From the human T2T-CHM13v2.0 reference genome, Homo sapiens, in assembly GCF_009914755.1 (NCBI RefSeq), contig NC_060948.1: a stretch of DNA of 64,000 nucleotides. One strand, given 5' to 3'. The notes below the pieces were generated by a model, which made no database searches, was not told the DNA's origin, and saw only the letters and a program-made list of their open reading frames with translations. Numbering within the stretch: position 1 is the first letter of the stretch; every line of letters starts with the position of its first letter. Below, piece after piece: positions 14,306-28,544 of this stretch. The position numbers were made by a program, and so were the translations under genes.

Positions 14306-17300
14306 TTTTTTCTTTTTTTAAATTGTACTTTACATTTTAGGGTACATGTGCACAACGTGCAGGTTTGTTACATATGTATACATGCGCCATGCTGGTGTGC
14401 TGCACCCATTAACTCATCATTTAGCATTAGGTATAGCTCCTAACGCTATCCCTCACCCCTTCCCCCACCCCAGAACAGTCCCTGGAGTGTGATGTTCCCC
14501 TTCCTGTGTCCACGTGTTCTCAGTGTTCAGTTCCCACCTATGAGTGAGAACTTGCGGTGTTTGGTTTTTTGTTCTTGCCATAGTTTGCTGAGAATGATGG
14601 TTTCCAGTTTGATCCATGTCCCTACAAAGGACATGAACTCATCATTTTTTATGGCTGCCTAGTTTCCATAGTGTATATGTGCCACATTTTCTTAATCCAG
14701 TCTGTCGTTTTTAGACATTTAGGTTGGTTCCAAGTCTTTGCTATTGTGAATTGTGCCGTGATAAATATACGTGTGCTTGTGTCTTTATAGCAGCATGATT
14801 TGTAATCCTTTGGGTATATACCCAGTAATGGGATGGCTGGGTCAAATGGGATTTCTAGTTCTAGATCCCCGAGGAATCGCCACACGGACTTGCACAATGG
14901 CTGAACTAGTTTACAGTCCCACCAAGAGTGTAAAAGTGTTCCTGTTTCTCCACATCCTCTCCAGCACCTGTTGTTTCCTGACTTTTTCATGATCACCATT
15001 CTAACTGGTGTGAGATGGTGTCTCATTGTGGTTTTGATTTGCATTTCTCTGACGGCCAGTGATGATGAGCATTTTTTCATGTGTTTTTTGGCTGCATGAA
15101 TGTGTTCTTTTGAGAAATGTCTGTTCATATCCTTTGCCCACTTTTGGATGGGGTTGTTTGTTTTTTTCTTGTAAATTTGTTTAAGTTCTTTGTAGATTCT
15201 GGATATTAGCCCTTTGTCAGATGGGTAGATTGCAAAAATTTTCTCCCATTCTGTAGGTTACCTGTTGACTCTGATGGTAGTTTCTTTTGCTGTGCAGAAG
15301 CTCTTTAGTTTAGTTAGATCCCATTTGTCAATTTTGGCTTTTGTTGTCATTGTGTTTGGCGTTTTAGACATGAAGTCCTTGCCCATGCCTATGTCCTGAA
15401 TGGTATTGCCTAGGTTTTCTTCTAGGGTTTTTATGGTTTTAGGTCTAACATGTAAGTCCCCAATGCATCTTGAATTAATTTTTGTATAAGGTGTAAGGAA
15501 GGGCTCCAGCTACAGCTTTCTACATATGGCTAACCAGTTTTCCCAGCACCATTTATTAAATAGGGATTCCTTTCCCCATTTCTTGTTTTTGTCTGGTTTG
15601 CCAAAGATCAGATAGTTGTGGATATGTGGCATTATTTCTGAGTGCCTGGTTCTCTTCCATTGGTTGTAGCCTTGTAGCATAGTTTGAAGTCAGGTAGTGT
15701 GATGCCTCCAGCTTTGTTCTTTTGACTTAGGAATGACTTGGCAATGTGGGCTCTTTTTTGGTTCCATATGAGCTTTTCCATTCTGTGAAGAAAGTCATTG
15801 GTAGCTTGATGGGGATGGCATTGAATCTATAAATTACGTTGGGCAGTATGGCCATTTTCACGATGTTGATTCTTCCTATCCATGAGCATGGCATGTTCTC
15901 CCATTTGTTTGTAACCTCTTTTATTTCATTAAGCAGTGGTTTGTAGTTCTCCTTGAAGAGGTCCTTCACATCCCCTGTAAGTTGGATTCCTAGGTATTCT
16001 ATTCTCTTTGAAGCAATTGTGAATGGGAGTTCACTCATGATTTAGCTCTCTGCTTGTCTGTTATTGGTGTATAAGAATGTTTGTGATTTTTTGCACATTG
16101 ATTTTGTATCCTGAGACTTTGCTGAAGTTGTTTACAAGCTTAAGGAGATTTTAGACTGAGACGATGGGGTTTTCTAAATATACAATCATGTCATCTGCAA
16201 ACAGGGAGAATTTGACTTCCTATTTTACTAATTGAATACCCTTTGTTTACTTCTCCTGCCTGATTGCCCAGGACAGAACTTCCAACACTAGGTTGAATAG
16301 GAATGGTGAGAGAGGGCATCCCTGTCTTGTGCCAGTTTTCAAAGGGAATGCTTCCAGTTTCTGCCCATTCAGTATGAAGTGGCTGTGCGTTTGTCATGGA
16401 TAGCTCTTATTATTTTGAAATACGTCCCATCCATACCTAATTTATTGAGAGTTTTTAGCATGAAGTGCTGTTGAACTTTGTTGAAGGCCTTTTCTGCATC
16501 TATTGAGTTAATCATGTGGCTTTTGTCATTGGTTCTGTTTATATGCTGGATTATGTTTATTGATTTGCATATGTTGAACCAGCCTTGCATCCCAGGGATG
16601 AAGCCCACTTGATCACGGTGGGTAAGCTTTTAGATGTGCTGCTGGATTCGGTTTGCCAGTATTTTATTGACGATTCTTGCATTGATGTTCATCAGGGATT
16701 TTGGTCTAAAATTCTCTATTTTTGCTGTGTCTCTGCCAGGCTTTGGTATCAGGATGATGCTGGCCTCATAAAATGAGTTAGAGAGGGCTCCCTCTTCTTC
16801 TATTGATTGGAATCGTTTCAGAAGGAATGGTACCAGCTCCTCCTTGTACCTCTGGTAGAATTCGGATGTGAATCCATCTGGTCCTGGACTTTTTTTTTGC
16901 AATATTACTTATTGCCTGAATTTCAGAGCCTGTTACTTGTCTATTCAGAGATCCAACTTCTTCCCGGTTTAGTCTTGGGAGGGTGTATGTGTCGAGGAAT
17001 TTATCCATTTCTTTTAGGTTTTCTACTTCATTTGTGTAGAGGTGTTTATAGTATTCTCTGATGGTAGTTTGTATTTCTGTGGGGTCGGTGGTGATATCCC
17101 TTTTGTCATTTTTTATTGCGTCTATTTGATTCTTCTTTTTTCTTCTTTGTTAGTACTGCTAGCGGTCTATCAATTTTGTTGATCTTTTCAAAAAACCAAC
17201 TCCTAGATTCATTGATTTTTTGAAGGGGCTTTTGTGTCTCTATTTCCTTCAGTTCTGCTCTGATCTTAGTTATTTCTTGCCTTCTGCTAGCTTTTGAATG

Positions 17301-20300
17301 TGTTTGGTCTTGCTTCTCTAGTTCTTTTAATTGTCATGTCAGGGTGTCAATTTTAGATCTTTCCTGTTTTCTCCTGTGGGCATTTAGTGCTACACATTTC
17401 CCTCTACATGCAGCTTTGAACGTGTCCCAGAGATTCTGGTATATTGTATCTTAGTTCTTGTTGGTTTCAAGGAACATCTTTATTTCTGCCTTCATTTCGT
17501 TATGTACCTAGTAGTCATTCAGGAGCAGGTTGTTCAGTTTCCATGCAGTTGAGCGGTTTTGAGTGAGTTTCTTAATCCTGAGTTCTAGTTTGATTTCACT
17601 GTGGTCTGAGAGACAGTTTGTTATAATTTCTGTTCTTTTACATTTGCTGTGGAGTGCTTTACTTCCAACTATGGAGTCAGTTTTGGAATAGGTGTGGTGT
17701 GATGCTGAAAAGAACGTATATTCTGTTGATTTGGGGTGGAGAGTTCTGTAGATGTCTATTAGGTCCACTTGGTGCAGAGCTGACTTCATTTCCTGCATAT
17801 CCTTGTTAACTTTCTGTCTCGTTGATCTGTCTAATGTTGACAGTGGGGCATTAAAGTCTCCCATTATCATTGTGTGGGAGTCTAAGTCTCTTTGTAGGTC
17901 TCTAAGGACTTGCTTTATGAATCTGGGTGCTCCTGTATTGAGTACGTATATATTTAGGATAGTTAGCTCTTCTTGTTGATTTGACCTCTTGATCTTTGTT
18001 GGTTTAAAGTCTGTTTTATCGGAGACTAGGATTGCAACCCTTGCCTTTTTTTGTCTTCCATTTGCTTGGTAGATCTTCCTCCGTCCCTTTATTCTAAGCC
18101 CATGTGTGTCTCTGCACGTCAGATGGGTTTCCTGAATAGAGCACACTGATGGGTCTTGACTCTTTATCCAATTTGCCAGTCTGTGTCTTTTAATTGGAGC
18201 ATTTAGCCCGTTTACATTTAAGGTTAATATTGTTATGTGTGAATTTGATTCTGTCACTTTGATGTTAGCTGGTTATTTTGCTAGTTAGTTGATGCAGCTT
18301 CTTCCTAGCCTCGATGGTCTTTACAATTTGGCATGTCTTTGCAGTGGCTGGTACCGGTTGTTCCTTTCCATGTTTGGCTCTTCCTTCAGGAGCTCCTTTA
18401 GGGCAGGCCTGGTGATGACAAAATCTCTCAGCATTTGCTTGCCTGTAAAGGATTTTATGTCTCCTTCACTTATGATGCTTAGTTTGGCTGGATATGAAAT
18501 TCTGGGTTGAAAATTCCTTTCTTTAAGAATGTTGAATATTGGCCCTCACTCTCTTGTGGCTTGTAGAGTTTCTCCAAGTGATCAGCTGTTAGTCTGATGG
18601 GCTTCCCTTTGTGGGTGACCCTACCTTCTCTCTGGCTTCCCTTAACATCTTTTCCTTCATTTCAACTTTGGTGAACCTGACAGTTATGTGTCTTGGAGTC
18701 GCTCTTCTTGAGGTGTATCTTTGTGGCGTTCCTCTGTATTTCCTGAATCTGAGTGTTGGCCTGCCTCGCTACATTTGGGAAGTTCTCCCGGATAATAGAT
18801 CCATTCTCCCCGTCACTTTCAGGTACACCAATCAGATGTCGCTTTGGTCTTTTCACATAGTCCCATATTTTTTGGAGGCTTTGTTCATTTCTTTTTATTC
18901 TTTTTTCTCTTAACTTCTCTTCTCACTACATTTCATTCACTTGATCTTCCGTCACTGATACCCTTTCTTCCAGTTGATCAAATCGGCTACTGAGGCTTGT
19001 GCGTTCATCACGTAGTTCTCGTGCCATGGTTTTCAGCTCCATCAGGTCCTTTAAGGGCTTCTCTGCTTTGGTTATTCTAGTTAGCCATTCATCTAATTTT
19101 TTTTTCAAGGTTTTCAGCACCTTTGCCATGGGTTCGAACTTCCTCCTTTAGCTCGGAGTAGTTTGATCATCTGAAACCTTCTTCTTTCAAGTCGTCAAAG
19201 TCATGCTCCATCCAGCTTTGTTCTGTTGCTGGTGAGGAGCTGCATTCCTTTGGAGGAGGAGAGGCGCTCTGATTTTTAGAGTTTCCAGTTTTTCTGCTCT
19301 GTTTTTTCCCAATCTTTGTGGTTTTATCTACCTTTGGTCTTTGATGACGGTGACATACAGATGGGGTTTTGGTGTGGATGTCCTTTCTGTTTGTTAATTT
19401 TCCTTCTAACAATCAGGACTCTCAGCTGCAAGTCTGTTGGAGTTTGCTGGAGGTCCACTCCAGACCCTGTTTCCCTAGGTATCAGCAGCGGAGCCTGCAG
19501 AACAGCAGATACTGGTGAACAGCAACTATTGCTGGCTGATTGTTCCTCTGGAAGTTTGGCCTCAGAGGAGTACCCAGCCGTGTGAGGTGTCAGTCTGCAG
19601 CTACTGGGGGGTGCCTCCCAGTTAGGCTATGTGGGGTTCAGGGACCCACTTGAAGAGGCAGTCTGTCCGTTCTGAGATTTCAAGCTGCGTGCTGGGAGAA
19701 CCACTATTCTCTTCAAAGCTGTCAGACAGGGATATTTAAGTCTGCATAGGTTTCTGCTGCCTTTTGTTTGGCTATGCCCTGCCCCCACAGGTGGAGTCTA
19801 CAGAGGCAGGCAGGCCTCCTTGAGCTGCAGTGGGCTCCACCCAGTTCGAAATTCCTGGCCACTTTGTTTACCTACTCAAGCGGCAGCAATGATGGGCTCC
19901 CCTTCCCCAGCCTCATTGTCGCCTTGCAGTTTGATCTCAGACTGCTGTGCTAGCAAAGAGTGAGGCTCCGTGGGTGTAGGCCTTCCAAGCCAGGTGTGTG
20001 ATATAATCTCCTGGTGTGCCGTTTGCTAAGACCACTGGAGAAGCGCAGTATTAATGTGGGAGTGACCTGATTTTCCAGGTGCTGTCTGCCAGCCCTTTCT
20101 TTGAATAGGAAAGGGAATTCCCTGACCCCTTGTGCTCCCTGGGTGAGGTGATGCCTCGCTGTGCTTTGGCTCACCCTCGGTGCACTGCACCCACTGTCCT
20201 GCACCCACGGTCTGACACGCCCCAGTGAGATGAATCCGGTACCTCAGTTGGAAATGCAGAAATCCCCTGTCTTCTGTGTGGCTCATGCTGGGAGCTGTAG

Positions 20301-20334
20301 ACTGGAGCTGTTCCTATTCAACCATCTTGGCTCC
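14306..20334 (-). mobile_element. Full-length inactive L1PA, right-arm copy
   Basis: Mirror of 2728..8756 with identical ORF fragments. Confidence 0.96.
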
Positions 20335-20744
20335 GTATACATATGTGTATATGTATATATGTGTATGTATATATGTTTGTGTGTGTATATATAAACACAT
20401 TTATAGACAGAGCATGCATATATATGTAAATATACACACTCACTTAAATATGTGTCTGTATGTGTGCATATATGTGTGTATATATACACGTGTTATATAT
20501 ATATATACACATACATATGTGTATGTGTATACGTATATACCTACATATACACATACCATCTATACACACATACCAGAGTGTATAGGTATACATCCATAAA
20601 CTCTGGGTATTACATATGTGCATATTACATATGTGCATATTACATACATATATGTACACACATACATATGTGTGTGCATGTGTATATGTATATATATACA
20701 CACATATAGAGATATATACACACATATACATATACATATGTATC
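20335..20744. repeat. Compound (TA/TG/CA)n tract, right-arm copy
   Basis: Mirror of 2318..2727 with the same length. Confidence 0.95.
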
Positions 20745-20799
20745 AACACAAGTGTAAGGTTTCAGCAAAATTTTACTATATAAAAACAGACCGATTTGC

Positions 20800-23700
20800 C
20801 AGCAAGTTGTTACATGATTTGAGAGCGATTAATGCACAGATTTAATCAATGGGTGCATTACAGCAAGGTCTGCCATTCCTGGCAGCCATTCCAAGTGACT
20901 CACCTCCTACAGTAGTAGATCTCAAAGATTATTTCCTTACTATACCCTTACATGAGAAGGATAAGCAAAGTTTCACCCCAAAGCATGCTCACCGGTCCTA
21001 CGCTATTTCAGCGTTTTGTAGGTCAGTCCTTAAAGGAGCCTCATAATATATTTCCTACTGCCTACATCATTCATTATATGGATGAAATTCTTTTGGCTGC
21101 TCCAATGGAAGAGCTATTACACCAATTGTTGAGAGAAGCAAAACAGGGGGACATCTCAAAATAGTTCAACAAAAGGTAGAAGCAACCTCCCCATACCAAT
21201 ACTTAGGCACTATTGTTACTGAAACAAATGTTCGACCTCAGAAAGCAGTCCTCCATAGGGACAGATTACAAACCTTCAGTGATTTCCAACAACTATTAGG
21301 AGATATAAATTGGCTGTGTCCAATCCTAGGTATTGCTACTCGTCAACTCAAACACTCAGGCACTCCATGGAAATTCTTCATTAGGAGCAATGGGCTTAGG
21401 AGACAACCCAGTTGCTGGTTTGTCTGAGGAGGCTGGAGCTGAGTTACAGCTTGTAGAGCAGATTCTTCAGCAAACACATGCCTCCCGGCTACAGCCACAA
21501 AAGCCCTTGGTTCCCTTTATTCTCTCTACCCCTCATTCTCCAACAGGACTTTTAGGCCAGATCATAGAAAAAATATGTAATTGTAATAGAATGGCTTTTT
21601 TTGAAATTCAATCAGAGAGTAAAATCTCTGCAAGTTTATATTTCTTTAACTACTCAGTTTATAACAAGGGGTAGGGATAGATCAAAAATGCTTAAGAGAT
21701 ATGATCCACACAAAATTATTGTTCTCCTTTTAGAGCCAGTCTAAAAGTGTGAGGAGAAATATTGGATTCCCAGCAACAGGCTGCAGCATGGGAAATGTTG
21801 ACTGTGTGGCAAATTGCTCTTTCAGATTGTGTAGGAACAATACATAAACATTATCCATCAGACAAAATTTTGCAATTTTAAAAGTTCAACCTTTCATCTT
21901 CCCCGTGATTACTCATCACAAGCCCATTTCATGCAGCCAGACCTACTTACTGATGGCTCTTCCAAAGGTCGCAAAGTTACTTATGGTACTAAGCATGCTC
22001 AAACAATAAAAAACCCCGGAGTTTCAGATCAACGCTCAGAACTAATGGCAGTTATGCAGGTTTTACAGCTCACTGGTTCATCTCTTATTAACACTCTCTG
22101 TGATTCAGCCTATGTTGTAAATGTAGCCGGTCATATTGGGACGGCCACTATTATTAAAAGCACCCTGGAACCAGAGCAGTTTAACTTGTTTCTAAGACTT
22201 TAAGAAGCTGTTTGCTCTTGTGCTGCTTTTTATATTTCTTATATTTGCTCTCCCACACAACTACCTACACCACTATATCTAGGTAATAATAGAGCCAATA
22301 AATTGGTTTGTTCTGCATTTCAACAAGCTCAACCTTCTCATATATTACTGCATCAAAACTCTGCCTCTACTCGTATGTTTCATTTGCCTAACAGCCAGGC
22401 TGCAGCCCGTACAAGCCTGTCCTGCTTGCCAGCATGTCACTGGAGTCACACTCATAGAAGGCTGTAACCCATGAGACTTAGCTTCAAATGAAATCTGACA
22501 GATGGATGTTACTCACAAAGCTGCCATTGGTAAGTTCTCCTTTGTTCGTGTGACTACAGACACGTATTCTCATATGCGGCATGCTACATGCAAACCAGGT
22601 CACACAGCTGGTTATGTGTAATGACATTGTCTGTCGTCATTTGCTCATATGGGGGGTCCCTAAACAATTAAAAACTGACAATGGACAAGCTTATGCTAGT
22701 CATGCTTTTTAAAATTTTTTACAGCTATGGTCAATCACTCATAAAACAGGAATTCCTTACAAACCCCAAAGACAAGGAATTATAGAGCGGGCAAATCAAA
22801 CATTACAAGCTGTGCTGAAAAAAACCGAAAGAGGAAACAAGAGATCAGTTACCACCTCAAACAAAATACATTTACTTTTACTTTAATTTATTTTTTTACT
22901 TATTTACTTTAATTTTTTTGACTCCTGGCACAGATAGTAAGACTATGGCAGAACGACACTGGTAAATGTTATAGGGAAAAAGTAAAGTATGCCCCAAAAT
23001 ATTATGAAAATCCCCCTAAGGACGATGGAAATGCTCAGGAGATTTACTGATGTAAGGATGAGGGTATGCTTGTGTTTTTACAGGAGATGGATAATCTGTG
23101 TGTTTGTGACCATGTAAAGGGAGACTGGAGAGAGCCATGGATCCCAACTATGAATCCAACTCCTCCATTACAAGCCATGAGTCAGTTGAAATTGCTGGAG
23201 CACCAGGGTCAGGCAAACACCCCTGACATCACGTTGATGGCCATGCTACCCATAACATCCTGTGCAGTAGGTTTCCCTTGTGCAGAGAGACAAAAACATA
23301 TTGGGCATATATTCCCAATCCCCCAGTATTACGGAGTGTAATTTGGAGTGACACTCCCCCTGACATCTATCATGATCATGAAGCAGGGGCACCAGGACCC
23401 CTAACACCCCCTGACAAACAGTTATTAGACTCTCAGAACAATGATTATCAATTATGCTGCTCCATTGGAGGGACTTCCTTCATGAGTCACCCAGGGTACA
23501 TCACTCAACTGCAGTGGCCTTGCAAATTAATCCCAAGTATGGCTGAGTTACCATGGAAAAAAATATGTACCTATTAGGCCTTAGCTCTATTAACATTACT
23601 GGTGTAGCTACTAATCACTCCCAGCCCCATCTCCCAAATCGTATTAATTATACAGAATGGGCTCCCTTTGATAATTCTTACCCCCCTCCTTGGACCCAGT

Positions 23701-24967
23701 GTCTTGGTCCCCTAGCTAGACAAGAGTACATGCTAATGGGAGACATTATTTTCTAGGTGCCTGTGGTCACTTAGATGGGAGAGATGAGAATCCGACCTCA
23801 TGGCATAAACTTCGCTGACACTGGTCAGCATCTCTTCACTACATTGCGCTGGGATTCAGTCCCAACCTGCAGCAAGTTTCACTTGGCATGGAACAGGTTT
23901 TAACTCAACTTTGCCTCAATGGCATTACCAAGGAAAGAGAGGTCCAACTCAGGAGTCGATAGGGAAGGCAGCACTCCACTATATGAATGGCAGCATTTGT
24001 GTCGGAACACTATCTAATTATAGTAATTGTGCTGAACACAGTTTTAATGTTACCATTGTAGAAAACACTACCACTCAATTTACAATTTGTGTTTTTGAAC
24101 TTATGTTTTTCTGGCAGCAAAAAGGACCAACTCCAGGTAAACGATGCCCGACTGACTTGTGATTCCTGTTAACTGTATTATTCCCTTAATCATAGCACAG
24201 TACAAACATACAGCATATCCACCCTAGTAATTCTAGGTCACAATCCCGGATTATGGATTCCTGTAAATCTGCCTGAGCCTTGGGTGGTCACCTCTGGTTT
24301 CCATTTTGTAAACTTTTTTCTTAGTCAGCTTATTCATTGTGCTTGTAGAGCCTTAGGCATGAAAATTTTTGTGAAAGTCTCCTTAGGTACATTAATAACT
24401 TCTGTTGTGGTGTCCTTAGTAGCAATGTACAGCTCCATTCAAATCACAGCTCAATATGTAGAAAATTGGATGTGTACAGCCGACCAGGCATGGATGCTTA
24501 AAAATAAACTTAACACTGAGATACACATGGAAGTAGCAATGTTAAAGAGTTAAAGATTACAGTTCTGTGGCTAGGAAACCAAGAACAAACTTGCAGTTGC
24601 GGCAGCAATTGCATTGTCATTTTAAGCATGCTCATCTTTGTGTAACCAATTTGGAATAAAACCAAAGGGAATATCCATGGAAACTTGATTTACAAAGCAA
24701 AATTCTTAACTTGAAAAAGCATACTCAAGTAAGTCAGCCGTCTCTGAAAACTTGGGCAGAATTCCAGCAAGGTTTAGAGAGCCTTAGCCTTTGGACCTCC
24801 TCCAAACATCACCTAAATGTCTTTTTTGTGATTATCAGAGTAACATCATGATGTCTCTCTTTTATGTTCATTGTCTGTAAAAGCAGCTGGACCACCAAAC
24901 AGCAGTGGAGAGCTGCACAGCCTGCAATTATCTTTACTCAATTAATGCAAAAATAAAAAGGAGGAGA
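20800..24967 (+). mobile_element. HERV-K(HML-6) internal region: defective pol and env; 5'LTR, gag and pro are missing
   Basis: RT, RNase H and integrase motifs. Env splice acceptor tgtgtttttacag (AG at 23082-83). Env peptides TYWAYIPNPPVLRSVIWSDTPP and MLPITSCAV. Polypurine tract aaaataaaaaggaggaga directly before the LTR. Confidence 0.9.
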
Positions 24968-25401
24968 TGTTGGAGGCCAAAAGAATGAGAGTCGTGACCA
25001 ACTCAGTAATGACTGGAGGGTCTATGAGCAGAGAGGGAACTGTTCTCATGAAAGCAGCATGTTGGCAACCTGACACACCACGTCTGGTGTCAGAAGGAAT
25101 GCTGAGGGCAGTCATGCCCCAAGCACAGTCTTTCTTGTGGTTATATATAGGAACATCTGAAGCCGGTAGTATATAGAAAGCAATTGTGTGAGCCTGTGAT
25201 AATGCAAGCAGCTGACCAACAATTACCTTTCCTCCCTGTTGATTCTGCCTACTAAATATGAAGGCCTGTAGAAGCTCAGGGCCTTTGCTGATTAGAAGCA
25301 ATGAGCCCTCAACCCCTCTTTTAAAACAGATCTTTTTTGTCTTTGTCTTCATTTCTGCATTCAACCCCCTTTGTTTCATCCCATAGTAACTGACTGCCAC
25401 A
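24968..25401 (+). mobile_element. 3' LTR, LTR3-type (HML-6)
   Basis: 434 bp with TG...CA ends (tgttggaggccaaaagaatgag...gactgccaca), directly after the PPT. Confidence 0.85.
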
Positions 25402-25640
25402 CTGTCTCTATTAAAAATACAAAAAAAAAAAAAAAATAGGTGGGCTTGTTGGCAGACACATGTAGTCCACGCTACTCTGGAACCTGAGGCAGAAGAATCC
25501 CTTCAACCCAGGAGACAGATGTTGCAGTGGGCCAAAATCATGCCTTTGCACCCCAGGTTGGGTGACAAGGTGTGACTCCATCTCAAAAAAGGCAAAAAAC
25601 AAGAAGAAAACAAAACAATACAAAACAAAACAAACAAAAA
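25402..25640 (+). mobile_element. Alu lacking most of its left monomer, abutting the LTR
   Basis: Starts at ctgtctctattaaaaatacaaaa and continues through the right monomer to an (A/CAAAA) tail. Confidence 0.88.
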
Positions 25641-26177
25641 CTATGTTCTGGTTAAGAGAACCAAAAAAAACAAGCCTCAGGCTAAGAAAAGTTTAGGAAA
25701 CACATCTGAAAAGTGACTTTTATGCAAAATATTCAAACAAATAAGATGACCTAATTAATAAGTAGAGACCTGAATAGATACATCACCAAAACAGATATGG
25801 AGATGGAAAACCTGGCACACAAAATACCGATTGCTGAGCCCCTGTTACTTCTTCTGAAGGCTGAGGCTCCAAGCCATTTCCTGAGGAGCAACAGTGGCTG
25901 CCAGAGCGGCAGTGGTTTCAAAGATCATCCCCACCTACCCCAGCTCTACCCTTCTTCCAGTTTCCAAGGATTTCCCAGACATTGAGCCTGCTCACGAGGA
26001 AAGAGCCAGAAGCTGGGTATTTTATTTCACAACTTTTCTTAAAATTCTGGATGTCAACAAGTATCCTTTGGTTGGAAGTTTTATATTTATCCTAACAATC
26101 TTGAGGCACTGACAAGTATTAGGAAAGATGATTCTCAACCTACATTTGATTCCATAAAGAAATAAAGGAATTGGCGT

Positions 26178-26522
26178 GGCCAGGCATGATGGCTCACATC
26201 GGTAATCCCAGCAGTTTGGGAGGCTGAGCCAGGTGGATGTCCTTAGGTCAGGTGTTTGAGATCATCCTGGTCAACATGGTGAAACAAACTCTCTACTAAA
26301 AATGTAAAAAAAATTAGCCGGTAGTGGTGTCTGGGTCCTGTAAACCCAGATCCTCAGGAAGCTAAGACAGGAGAATTTCGTGAACCCGGGAAGCTGAGGT
26401 TACCAAAGCTGAGATCATGTCATTGCACTCCAGCCATGGGAACAGACCAAGACTCCATCTCAAAACAAACAAACAAACAAACAACAACAACAACAAACAG
26501 AACAGAACAACAACAACAAAAG
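26178..26522 (+). mobile_element. Alu with a (CAAA/CAA)n tail
   Basis: ggccaggcatgatggctcac...gactccatctcaaaacaaac. Confidence 0.92.
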
Positions 26523-26644
26523 GACTCAATTACATTTTTAGGCAGTTATTTTAGAAGGCTTGGTACAATGCATTACTATTTTGGTATTCTCAAGACAGAA
26601 AACACAGTAACAGTAGTAAGTAAAAACCAAACAGCAAGTCATTA

Positions 26645-27120
<476 letters not shown>

Positions 27121-27349
27121 TTATTTTTTACCAAGTAGAGCTGAGAGTACGTTTTTTAAAATTGGGTTTCTGTGGCACAACACATGTATGCTTTTTGGCA
27201 GCAATCATAGATTAATGAACAAACAATAACAACAAAATAATGCTCAACAACACCTGCCGTTCGGGGAAGGCAAATTAAAATAAGAGTGTGAGCACTAAAC
27301 AGCTATACTATGTCTAAATTTCTTTTTAAATATACTCAAAACTGCAACA

Positions 27350-28530
27350 GAAAATCTCATTCATTGCTGAAGGAATGCATAATTGTACAGCAACTTTAAA
27401 ATATGGTTGTTTTCTTCTGAAAGAGTTTGACAGTTTTTTCCAAAGGCGGACATGGTCTCAACATATAGGCTAACAATTGTTAACACTTAGGTATCTAAAC
27501 AACTGATTTGGAAACTCACATCTAACCAAAAACCACAAGCATTTATGTATAACTGCTCTCTTGACAATGGCCACATACTTGAAGGAATCAGGATGCCCTT
27601 CAATATTAACCAAGCCAGGTAAATTCATAAAATGAAATACTATTCATCAAAACAAAAGGAGTGATTTATGAAGTCATGCAAAGCCATGGATGAATCGGGC
27701 ATTCACAAAGCAAAGTGATAAGAGCCAGTCTGAAGAGGTGACATATTGTATGATTTCATTTCTATTACGTTACAGAGAAGAAATATTTATAGAGACAGTA
27801 AACTGGCCTGTAACTTACAGTTGTTTTTAGCGGGCAGGTAGTGAGTTGAAAAGGAGAATGCAATTATGGAAAGGAGCACAAATGGGCCAGATGAGAAGAG
27901 ACTCATTCTGCTTGATGAGATCATGCTGGGCATGTGGAAGAGTCAAGAGTGCGTATAATGGCATGAATAAATAAATAGGCTTCTACTCATGATAGGAGAG
28001 GAGCGTCTTCTTTCATCACTCATGGAACTATTTTAGGACAATTTCTGAGGAAGCTTTTGTTGTAAGTGGAAAATCATACATAAACAAATGTACCATTTCA
28101 AACACTTTGAGTGTATAATTTGGAAGCATTAACTATGCTCAAATTGTGCAAACATCACCACCATTTCACAATCTCACCAGCAATGTACAAGGCTTCCAAT
28201 TTCTCCACATACTCTCAAAGTTTTCTTTTAAAAAAAAAAGAAAAAGAAAGAAAGAAAAATTCCAATGGGGATAAAGTGGTAATCTCATTGTGGTTTAGAT
28301 ATTCCTGCATTAAGTGGCTAGTGATTTCGAACATCTTTTCATGTGCTTATTGGCTGTGGATTTGTAAATGATTTCTTGGCTATATCACTGACTGAACACA
28401 AAACATAAGAAAAAATAGATCACTTGAACTTCATCAAAACTAAACACTTTTGTGCGTCAAAAGACACTGTCAGTATAGTGGAAAGAAAACCACCAGCATG
28501 GGACACAATATTTGCAAGTCATATATATGG
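27350..28530. mobile_element. Degraded old L1M fragments in mixed orientation
   Basis: L1M-like 3' motifs: cattcattgctgaaggaatgc, atattgtatgatttcatttcta, aaagtggtaatctcattgtggttt, cttgaacttcatcaaaactaaacac. Boundaries are approximate. Confidence 0.65.
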
Positions 28531-28544
28531 TATATATTCATATC

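Larger units (their letters stand above)
13260..23061 (-). repeat. Right arm of the palindrome (the part whose mirror is visible; the true arm may be longer)
   Basis: Begins ctggtgacagagtgagactccgtctc, the reverse complement of the end of the left arm (up to 9802). Pairing fails at 9803/13259. Confidence 0.98.

Noticed and set aside
19889-19963. L1 ORF0
   Set aside because: The ATG is present (MMGSPSPASLSPCSLISDCCASKE), but a TGA ends it after 24 codons, before the splice donors.
24942-25400. 152-aa minus-strand ORF
   Set aside because: It lies antisense across the LTR, has no recognisable domain, and is probably a chance ORF.
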